A DNA stretch of 12,709 nucleotides from Spirulina sp. Lineage in GTDB: Bacteria; Cyanobacteriota; Cyanobacteriia; Phormidesmidales; Phormidesmidaceae. A program made the translations under genes and the position numbers. How positions within the stretch are numbered: the stretch's first letter is position 1; each line of letters opens with the position of its first letter. The DNA is taken from assembly GCA_044070495.1 (NCBI GenBank), contig JBIPSI010000061.1, positions 1 to 12,709 on the forward strand, read 5' to 3'. This document shows positions 1-6,582 of this stretch, one piece after another. Below the pieces are notes generated by a model. The model made no database searches. It saw only the letters and a list, made by a program, of their open reading frames with translations, and was not told where the DNA came from.

Positions 1-1
1 C

Positions 2-220
2 CACAGCATTGAAGAAGCGTTGTTGCTCTCCGACCGGATTGTGATGATGACCCGTGGCCCCGCCGCCCGCATCGACGAAATTTTGGAGGTGCCCTTCCCC
101 CGTCCGCGCAACCGCGAAACCATCGAACAACACCCCGCCTACCACACCCTCAAGGCCGAAATGGAAAGCCACCTCTACCGCGAAACCCGCGCCGTAGAAG
201 AGGCCCGGATTAGCCGGTAG
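2..220 (+). CDS. cynD: C-terminal part of an NrtD/CynD-type ABC transporter ATP-binding protein (5' end outside window)
   Basis: Frame 2 is open from base 2: HSIEEALLLSDRIVMMTRGPAARIDEILEVPFPRPR, the H-loop and C-terminus typical of NrtD/CmpD/CynD. The position directly upstream of cynS supports cynD. Confidence 0.75.
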   Translation, partial: HSIEEALLLSDRIVMMTRGPAARIDEILEVPFPRPRNRETIEQHPAYHTLKAEMESHLYRETRAVEEARISR

Positions 221-263
221 ATCTCCCCTACCCCCCTTAGAAAGAGAAGAACCGGATTCAAAG
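220..263. repeat. Degenerate half-copy of the GC-rich palindromic dispersed repeat seen at 7244-7319
   Basis: GATCTCCCCTACCCCCCTTAGAAAGAGAAGAACCGGATTCAAAG aligns by eye with the reverse complement of 7244-7319 (GATCCCCCCTAGCCCCCCTTGCCAAGGGGGGAGCTGGAGTTAAAG...). It stops just before the REP at 266. Confidence 0.5.
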
Positions 264-265
264 AC

Positions 266-390
266 GTAGGGTGGGCACTGCCCACCATGCCTTACTAGCC
301 ACTCTCAGCCCATTTCCTAAAGCTCAAACCTCCTAAGTCATGGGAAAAAGTGACAAGGGCGAGGGATTTGGTGGGCAGTGCCCACCCTAC
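266..390. repeat. GTAG-type REP doublet (REPIN-like), family A
   Basis: GTAGGGTGGGCACTGCCCACC (266-286) and its exact reverse complement GGTGGGCAGTGCCCACCCTAC (370-390), with an 83-bp spacer. Each unit is GTAG plus a hairpin. Confidence 0.85.
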
Positions 391-450
391 CAGATGGGGG
401 TGAGGGCCAGTATTTCAACGCAATTAAGACGTAATTAAGAGGATCTTGTC

Positions 451-894
451 ATGACTGTTTCTGCGATTACCGAAACGCTACTAGCCGCTAAGAAGGCCGC
501 TGGCCTCAGCTTTGCTGACCTAGAAGCCAAGACGGGCTACGACGAAGTGTGGATTGCTTCGGTGTTCTACCGGCAGGCCAGTGCCTCGGTGGAAGAAGCA
601 ACCCAATTGATTGAAGCCATCGGAGCCGATGCATCTTTGATTGATGCCCTAACTGACTTTCCGGTGAAGGGCAGCCTGGATCCGGTGATTCCCACCGACC
701 CGCTGATCTACCGTTTCTACGAAATCATGCAGGTCTACGGGATGCCCATGAAAGCGGTGATTCACGAAAAATTTGGCGACGGCATTATGAGCGCTATTGA
801 CTTCACCCTAGATGTCGAAAAGGTGGAAGATCCCAAGGGTGATCGGGTCAAGGTCGTGATGTGCGGCAAGTTTTTACCCTATAAAAAGTGGTAG
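451..894 (+). CDS. cynS: Cyanate hydratase (cyanase)
   Basis: 147 aa with signature motifs [26 protein letters not shown] and [11 protein letters not shown]-like AGAGGA upstream. Confidence 0.97.
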   Translation: MTVSAITETLLAAKKAAGLSFADLEAKTGYDEVWIASVFYRQASASVEEATQLIEAIGADASLIDALTDFPVKGSLDPVIPTDPLIYRFYEIMQVYGMPMKAVIHEKFGDGIMSAIDFTLDVEKVEDPKGDRVKVVMCGKFLPYKKW

Positions 895-964
895 CCCTTA
901 CCCTGCGATCCCCTCAGATCGCACCATAGCAACACGCTATTCCCCCCTCCTAACTCACAAAATA

Positions 965-1007
965 GCGGACATTACGGGCCTTCAGGCTACCGGATGTCCG
1001 TTTTTTT
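965..1007 (+). terminator. Intrinsic terminator downstream of cynS
   Basis: Stem GCGGACAT...ATGTCCGT with an inner GCC-TTCA-GGC hairpin, followed by a T7 tract (1001-1007). Confidence 0.7.
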
Positions 1008-1075
1008 GCCTGGTTCTACCCACACATCCTAGATTTGGACAAGACCCTAGGAAATCTTGAAACATCTTGCAGAAG

Positions 1076-1089
1076 GTATAGATCATTAC
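1076..1089 (+). promoter_or_regulatory. NtcA binding site upstream of the ABC binding-protein gene
   Basis: GTA-TAGATCAT-TAC is an exact GTA-N8-TAC followed by an A-tract. At 22-nt spacing there is only a non-canonical -10-like TCTAAT (1112-1117). Confidence 0.7.
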
Positions 1090-1093
1090 AAAA

Positions 1094-1116
1094 TTGATTT
1101 AGAATAACCATTCTAA
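1094..1116. promoter_or_regulatory. Candidate TetR operator 1
   Basis: TTGATTTAGA-ATAACCAT-TCTA(A) contains the inverted repeat TTAGAAT-AACC-ATTCTAA (1099-1116). The same TTGATTTAGA-N8-TCTA frame occurs at 10293-10314. Confidence 0.6.
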
Positions 1117-1254
1117 TAGAAGTCACCACAGCGCCCTGCTAACCCAGCCATAGGCTGTGTTGAGGGATGGGATGAGCCTGCACGACGAGACGGTTGAGTG
1201 GCTGGCCTTGGCTGGTGGTAGATTAATCCGTTGTCCTAAACATGAGAGCGATGT

Positions 1255-2871
1255 ATGGCTTTTAGTGCGGCATCCCTTGCAAGTCAACCTATGGCGAAAC
1301 GGTCATACCAACTAGGATCTGGTGCCCCGTGGGCCGCCGCCTGTGCGATGTGTGGGCAGTTCCATCTGCCCCAAGATCATCAGCGGGTAATGGCCGATAT
1401 GCCCCAGGATCCGGCGGATTTATTGGCAGATTTAACCCAAATGGGGTTCTACCGTCCCCAGTCTTTGGCGGTGGCCGAAGCCATTAGTCAGGCGGAGGTG
1501 CGTACTGCTTTATTTGTGAAAATGGCGGGCCGAAATGATCCCAAACGGGAGCGTCTTGTCCTAGATTTAATCAAGCTAGCGGGTGGATTAGACCAAGCTT
1601 TCGCTGCCGCCTTTGGTCCTAAAGCAGGTGAGTTTTTTACTGATGCTCAGATTAAAAGTCAATTCACTCGCCGCAAGTTTTTGCAGAATGTGGCGGTAGG
1701 TGCAGCCCTAGTTACCCTGGCTAACTGTGCCCAACAACCGGAGCAGGATGCTGCCGAAGAATCTACCTCTGGCGGCACTGGGGAACTAGAAAAAACGGAT
1801 CTCAGCATTGCCTTTTTGCCGATCACCTGTGCCACGCCGATCATTATGTCTAAACCCCTGGGCTTCTATGAGCGCCATGGGCTAAATGTGACGTTGATGA
1901 AGTATGCAAGCTGGTCGATTGTGCGAGATGCGGCCATTGCCGGGGAACTGGATGCTTACCACATGCTAGCTCCCATGCCCATTTCGATGTCTTTAGGGCT
2001 AGGATCAACCGCTTTCCCGATGAAGTTGGCCAGCATTGAAAACAACAACGGTCAGGGCATTGCCGTCGCCAAAAAACACCTCGGAAAAGTAAACGGCCCC
2101 GCCGATTTTGCTGGCATGACCATCGGGATTCCCTTTGATTATTCCAACCACAATTTGCTGATTCGCTACTACCTGGCCTCCGGTGGTCTCGATCCCGACA
2201 AGGATGTGCGCCTACTGATTATGCCGCCGCCGGATGCCATTGCCCAAATGTCCACCGGGCAAATTGATGCCTTCATTTTGCCCGATAACTTCACTCAGCG
2301 AGTGGTGTTTGATGACATTGGTTTCATCCATATTTTGACCAAGGATCTCTGGCCCGGTCATCCCTGCTGTGCCTTTGCGGCTTCCCAGAATTGGATTGAT
2401 GAGAATCCCAACACTTTCCGTGCGGTCAATAAGGCCATTATTGATGGCGCTAATTACGCCAACGATCCAGCCAACCGAACAGAAGTCGCCGCCGCCATTG
2501 CCCCCCGCGAATACCTCAACCAACCCGTTGAAGTGTTAGATGCCGTGATGACGGGTAACTTTGAAGACGGTCAAGGCAATACCCTGGAGGTACCGGATCG
2601 GATTTACTTTGATCCCTATCCTTGGAAGAGTTTTTCAGGCTGGATTTCTACCCAGTTGGTGCGGTGGGGTTATATGCCCACGGATCAGGCTAACTACGAT
2701 GAAATTGCCAACCAGGTTTTCTTAACTGATCTAGCACGGGAATTATCGGAGGAGTTAGGGGTAGATGCGCCTAGCGAATTAACCCGAGTAGAGAACCTAA
2801 AAACGGCTCCCTTTGACCCCGCCGATCCTGAAGGTTACCTCAAGGCTCAGGTTGATAAGTTTGGCCGTTAG
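1255..2871 (+). CDS. NrtA/CmpA/CynA-family ABC substrate-binding lipoprotein with an N-terminal Cys/His extension
   Basis: LEKTDLSIAFLPITCATPIIM, ASWSIVRD, HMLAPMP and YPWKSF are NrtA-like motifs. Internal Tat motif TRRKFL (aa 138-143) and lipobox LANC (aa 155-158). N-terminal CAMCGQFH. Confidence 0.88.
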   Translation: MAFSAASLASQPMAKRSYQLGSGAPWAAACAMCGQFHLPQDHQRVMADMPQDPADLLADLTQMGFYRPQSLAVAEAISQAEVRTALFVKMAGRNDPKRERLVLDLIKLAGGLDQAFAAAFGPKAGEFFTDAQIKSQFTRRKFLQNVAVGAALVTLANCAQQPEQDAAEESTSGGTGELEKTDLSIAFLPITCATPIIMSKPLGFYERHGLNVTLMKYASWSIVRDAAIAGELDAYHMLAPMPISMSLGLGSTAFPMKLASIENNNGQGIAVAKKHLGKVNGPADFAGMTIGIPFDYSNHNLLIRYYLASGGLDPDKDVRLLIMPPPDAIAQMSTGQIDAFILPDNFTQRVVFDDIGFIHILTKDLWPGHPCCAFAASQNWIDENPNTFRAVNKAIIDGANYANDPANRTEVAAAIAPREYLNQPVEVLDAVMTGNFEDGQGNTLEVPDRIYFDPYPWKSFSGWISTQLVRWGYMPTDQANYDEIANQVFLTDLARELSEELGVDAPSELTRVENLKTAPFDPADPEGYLKAQVDKFGR

Positions 2872-2895
2872 GAAATCCTAGACAAGCAAATCCCC

Positions 2896-2951
2896 GTAGG
2901 TTGGGTACAGCAAAGCGGAACCCAACAGTGCCCTATACCAATGGGTTCCGC
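2896..2951. repeat. GTAG-type REP, family B, with a truncated inverted partner
   Basis: GTAGGTTGGGTACAGCAAAGCGGAACCCAACA (2896-2927) differs at 2 positions from the reverse complement of 8558-8589. Remnant TGGGTTCCGC at 2942-2951. Confidence 0.8.
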
Positions 2952-2974
2952 AATTTATCATTGGAGGTATCGTG

Positions 2975-3493
2975 ATGTCCGCGAGTCGGTATCGCTTTGA
3001 ACTGGCGCGCTCTGCCCAGGAATTTGCGGCCTACTATGAGCTTAGAAAGGCAATTTTCTGCGAAGAGCAGGGGCTTTTTGTGGGCAATGATGAGGATGAT
3101 TTAGACCCAGTTTCCTATCCGATCATTGCCATTGATGACGAAGCACCTACGGGTCAAAACGTGGTGGGTGTAGTGCGCATTTACGAAGCTCAGCCTCGCC
3201 TTTGGTATGGTGGACGACTGGGAGTTCATCCCGACTATCGACGGGTGGGACGCATTGGCAAAGGGCTAATTCACAAAGCTGTAACAACAGCTAATGGCTG
3301 GGGCTGCGACCGCTTTTTAGCCACGGTGCAGCTCCAAAATGTGCGTTTTTTCCGTCGCCTGCATTGGGACACCATTGATGAAATGCAGGTACTCGACCAT
3401 CCCCATCATCTAATGGAAGCCGACCTGGAATTCTATCCCCCCAGCGACGAAGATCGTCCAACTCTCATGAGGTCTATGCTTCAGGTGTCCTAA
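2975..3493 (+). CDS. nitE: GNAT N-acetyltransferase, MSMEG_0567/Sll0786 (Nit1C) family
   Basis: LRKAIFCEEQGLF, WYGGRLGVHPDYR and FLATVQLQNVRFF motifs. GGAGG at 2963-2967 fits ATG 2975 (GTG 2972 is an alternative). Adjacent to an sll0787-like gene. Confidence 0.88.
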   Translation: MSASRYRFELARSAQEFAAYYELRKAIFCEEQGLFVGNDEDDLDPVSYPIIAIDDEAPTGQNVVGVVRIYEAQPRLWYGGRLGVHPDYRRVGRIGKGLIHKAVTTANGWGCDRFLATVQLQNVRFFRRLHWDTIDEMQVLDHPHHLMEADLEFYPPSDEDRPTLMRSMLQVS

Positions 3494-3506
3494 CAAAAAA
3501 ACGTCC

Positions 3507-4481
3507 ATGTTGACTGAGTTGATCACTCAAATTCGTCCAGCTTTAGGGCTAGCGCAAAAGCAGGATATTCAAACCGCTGCCCGTCATTTGGGGCGATTCG
3601 TCCAACACAACCAAACCCGCGAACCCATTGCTTTGGGGGATGACTGTGCCGCCATTCCCGACGGTGAGGGCTATCTACTGCTGGCGGCGGAAGGGCTGTG
3701 GCCGCCCCTGGTGGAGGCGGATCCCTGGTTTGCGGGCTGGTCGGCGGTGCTGGTGAATGTCAGCGATATTTACGCCATGGGGGGCCGTCCCTTGGCGGTG
3801 GTGGATGCCCTGTGGAGCCCCTCTACGGAACAGGCAGATGCGCTCTGGCAGGGGATGTTAGCGGCCTCGAAGGCGTTTAATGTGCCGATTGTGGGCGGTC
3901 ACACGAATTGCCACAGCCCCTACAATGCGCTGTCTGTGGCGATTTTGGGACGGGCGAATCGGCTCATTTCCAGTTTTGCCGCCCAGCCGGGACAGATGCT
4001 CGTGCTGGCCACCCAGCTCGCCGGGCGACTCCATCCTCAATATCCCTTTTGGGATGGAGCGACCCAGGCCGAACCAGCGGATTTGCAACGACAGTTAGCC
4101 GTTCTACCCGCCATCGCCGAGCAAGGGCTGTGTGGGGCGGGGAAGGATGTCAGCATGGGCGGCATTTTGGGCACCACCCTCATGCTGCTGGAAACCTCCG
4201 GCTGTGGGGCGGTAGTGGATGTGGCGGCGATTCCTTGCCCAGAGGCTGTACCCCTAGAAACCTGGCTGCGCTGTTTCCCCAGCTACGGCTTTTTGCTGAC
4301 CGTTGATTCCCAAAATTTTGCCGCCGTTCAGCAACAATTTCAGGCGGTCGGCATTGCCTGTGCTGCCATTGGGCGCATTGTGGCGGAACCTCAGTTGACG
4401 CTTACCCATGGCGACGAAACCGCCGTTTTTTGGGATTTTTCCACCCAGTCCCTCACTGGATTTGCGCCTCAACCAATCTAA
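3507..4481 (+). CDS. nitF: AIR synthase (PurM/ThiL/SelD fold)-related protein, Sll0787 (Nit1C) family
   Basis: LGDDCAAIPDG, VNVSDIYAMGGRP, VPIVGGHTN, KDVSMGG and FPSYGFLL motifs, plus the Nit1C context. Confidence 0.9.
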   Translation: MLTELITQIRPALGLAQKQDIQTAARHLGRFVQHNQTREPIALGDDCAAIPDGEGYLLLAAEGLWPPLVEADPWFAGWSAVLVNVSDIYAMGGRPLAVVDALWSPSTEQADALWQGMLAASKAFNVPIVGGHTNCHSPYNALSVAILGRANRLISSFAAQPGQMLVLATQLAGRLHPQYPFWDGATQAEPADLQRQLAVLPAIAEQGLCGAGKDVSMGGILGTTLMLLETSGCGAVVDVAAIPCPEAVPLETWLRCFPSYGFLLTVDSQNFAAVQQQFQAVGIACAAIGRIVAEPQLTLTHGDETAVFWDFSTQSLTGFAPQPI

Positions 4482-4612
4482 GAGGGCGTTTGAAAAGGGT
4501 TGCCTCAGGTGCGATTGGTCGCTAGATCGGTGCAAATCTACGGGATTTTTGACGACTGAGGCTGACCTCATCGGTATAACTTGGGACAAGCTTCGGCTTT
4601 TCAAACGTCCTC
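4482..4612. mobile_element. 131-bp MITE with 16-bp terminal inverted repeats and a TAA target-site duplication
   Basis: Left end GAGGGCGTTTGAAAAG (4482-4497) and right end CTTTTCAAACGTCCTC (4597-4612) are 15/16 complementary. Flanked by TAA at 4479-4481 and 4613-4615. No transposase ORF. Confidence 0.85.
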
Positions 4613-4672
4613 TAAGTTCGCGATACGCCCAGGACTTCATTAAAATCCTGCCGTAACGGATGACATGCCACC

Positions 4673-5815
4673 ATGAAAATTGCCCTCCTCACCTACTCCA
4701 CCAAACCCCGTGGTAGCGTCGTCCACACCTGGGAACTGGCCACGGCCCTGCACCACCTCGGCCATCAGGTCACGGTTTTTGCCCTAGATAAGGACGGCCA
4801 AGGCAGCGACCGATCCCTCCCCTGTACCTTCCACGGCATTCCCGCTGGCCCCGCCCCGGCGAATATGGACGCCCTCATTCAGCAGCGCATCGACGAGTTC
4901 GCGACGGGCTTAAGTCAGGCTGAAGACCGCTACGACATCTACCACGCCCAGGACTGCCTGGGGGCCAACGCCCTGGTGCAGCTCAAACAGCAGGGCAAAG
5001 CGTCCCATGTGGTGCGGACGGTGCATCACATTGAGGACTTTGCGAGTTTCTACCTGCGCCAGTGCCAGGACAAGTCGATTCGGCAGGCGGATCTGTGTTT
5101 GTGCGTCAGCTCTTACTGGCAAAAAGCCCTCGCTGAGGATTACTACATCACCGCCCAGCGAGTGGTTAATGGGGTGGATATTCAGCGGTTTAGTCCCTAC
5201 CCCAAGTCCACTGACGCCGATTTGAAAACAGCCTACAACCTAACAGGGTTTCCCATTTATTTGACCGTGGGCGGCATTGAACCCCGCAAAAATTCCCTTG
5301 GTTTGCTGGAAGCCTTCGCCCAGGTGCGTCGCCATCATCCCCAGGCCCAGTTGGTGATCGCCGGAGGGGCTACCCTATTTGATTACCAAACCTATCGCGA
5401 TCAATTTTTTCAGCGGGTCGCCGCCCTAGGGCTGACGGTAGGCTTAGATATCATTTTGCCGGGAGTTGTGCCCGATGCTGATTTGCCGGGACTCTATCGT
5501 TGTGCCGACGTATTCTGCTTCCCTTCGGTGAAAGAGGGCTGGGGTCTAGTGGTGCTAGAAGCCATTGCGGCAGGGCTACCTGTTATTACCGCCAATCAAC
5601 CACCTTTTACCGAATTCCTAACGCCCGATCAGGCGCTGCTGATACCGCCAGAATCCGTTACAGATTTGACCCAAGCCATGATCGCCGCCGCCCAGCCTGA
5701 CCAGGCCCAAACCCTAGGGCAAAATAGTCAAACGATTTTGTCTCAATACACCTGGCAAATCTCCGCCCAACAACACCTCACGGCCTACCATTCTTTGCTG
5801 AATCAACGCTGTTGA
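4673..5815 (+). CDS. GT4 glycosyltransferase, MSMEG_0565 family (Nit1C-associated)
   Basis: MKIALLTYSTKPRGSVVH, YHAQDC, RTVHH, VGGIEPRKN and FPSVKEGWGLVVLEA (GT4 EX7E) motifs. Confidence 0.9.
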   Translation: MKIALLTYSTKPRGSVVHTWELATALHHLGHQVTVFALDKDGQGSDRSLPCTFHGIPAGPAPANMDALIQQRIDEFATGLSQAEDRYDIYHAQDCLGANALVQLKQQGKASHVVRTVHHIEDFASFYLRQCQDKSIRQADLCLCVSSYWQKALAEDYYITAQRVVNGVDIQRFSPYPKSTDADLKTAYNLTGFPIYLTVGGIEPRKNSLGLLEAFAQVRRHHPQAQLVIAGGATLFDYQTYRDQFFQRVAALGLTVGLDIILPGVVPDADLPGLYRCADVFCFPSVKEGWGLVVLEAIAAGLPVITANQPPFTEFLTPDQALLIPPESVTDLTQAMIAAAQPDQAQTLGQNSQTILSQYTWQISAQQHLTAYHSLLNQRC

Positions 5816-5824
5816 TTACCCTGA

Positions 5825-6526
5825 TTACCAGGCCCTTGGTTCAAAGCTGGCGTCGTTGAGAATTTGCATGGTTTCCCCAGTCTGGGCTAATACAAATAAT
5901 CCCTGACGATAGGCATAGCGATCTGCGCCTTGGTCAAAGGCGATGCCAGCCACCGCCCCATAGAGTTGTCGGTCGGCGTGTTCTGGGAAAAAATGGTGGA
6001 ATCGCTGCAAATCTTCCACGAATTCCTTGATGTCATCAACGCTGAGGCTGCTTTTTACTTCCACCGCCAAAATATGGTTCTGATTCTGCACCAATACATC
6101 AATTTCTAGGGTGTCGCTGTCAAGAATTTTTTGTACCCGCTGGCTCACCTGATGTACAGGGATACCTCGATCTAAAAACAAGGTTTTGCAGGCTGGAGCC
6201 ACCATATTTTCCACAAACAGCCCCCATTTGCCGCCCAAGGCTCTGAGTTGTTGGTTCAACTGACGGTTAGATTCCGCCATATCCCGCCGCGTTTCCGCAA
6301 CGACCCGATCCAACTCCTGACGCGATTCCTGGAACTTGCGGTCAGTCTCCTGGAACTTACGGTCAGTCTCTTTAATCAACCGATCCAACTCCTGGCGCGA
6401 TTCCTGGAACTTACGGTCAGTCTCCTGGAATTTGCGGTCAGTTGCCTGGAATCTGCGTTCTGTCTCTTTTTGCGCCTCTGCTAGTTCGGCCAGGAGACGC
6501 CATACATCGTCCGCTGTGGTAGCCAT
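5825..6526 (-). CDS. Coiled-coil repeat protein with a C-terminal PD-(D/E)XK nuclease-like domain (DUF3782-like)
   Basis: MATTADDVWRLL start, ETDRKFQ heptad repeats, then LGGKWGLFVE, EIDVLV...AVEVK, FFPEH and LYGAVAG...YAYRQGLFV. Confidence 0.8.
   Translation of the reverse strand: MATTADDVWRLLAELAEAQKETERRFQATDRKFQETDRKFQESRQELDRLIKETDRKFQETDRKFQESRQELDRVVAETRRDMAESNRQLNQQLRALGGKWGLFVENMVAPACKTLFLDRGIPVHQVSQRVQKILDSDTLEIDVLVQNQNHILAVEVKSSLSVDDIKEFVEDLQRFHHFFPEHADRQLYGAVAGIAFDQGADRYAYRQGLFVLAQTGETMQILNDASFEPRAW
6306..6442. repeat. Intragenic 75-bp-period duplication built from 21-bp (7-codon) units
   Basis: 6306-6367 and 6381-6442 are near-identical and encode TDRKFQETDRKFQESRQELDR twice. 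Confidence 0.85.
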
Positions 6527-6553
6527 AGGTCTTTTTGATCCCGCTATGGCTCT

Positions 6554-6559
6554 ATTATA
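6554..6559 (-). promoter_or_regulatory. Putative -10 box (TATAAT) for the DUF3782-like gene
   Basis: The minus strand reads TATAAT at 6559-6554, 27 nt upstream of ATG 6526. No recognisable -35. Confidence 0.4.
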
Positions 6560-6582
6560 AGTTGACCCAAGCTTTCGGATAG

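Noticed and set aside
1175..1200. ACGA/ACGG words resembling a guanidine-II (mini-ykkC) riboswitch
   Set aside because: The ACGR tetramers are not closed by complementary stems.
4523..4540. TAGAT-CGGTGCAA-ATCTA palindrome as a third TetR operator
   Set aside because: The spacing is TAGA-N10-TCTA rather than N8, it lacks the TTGATT flank and it lies inside the MITE.
4254..4656. ORFs 4254-4640 (-) and 4408-4656 (+)
   Set aside because: They span the nitF end and the MITE, have no transposase motifs and are probably spurious.
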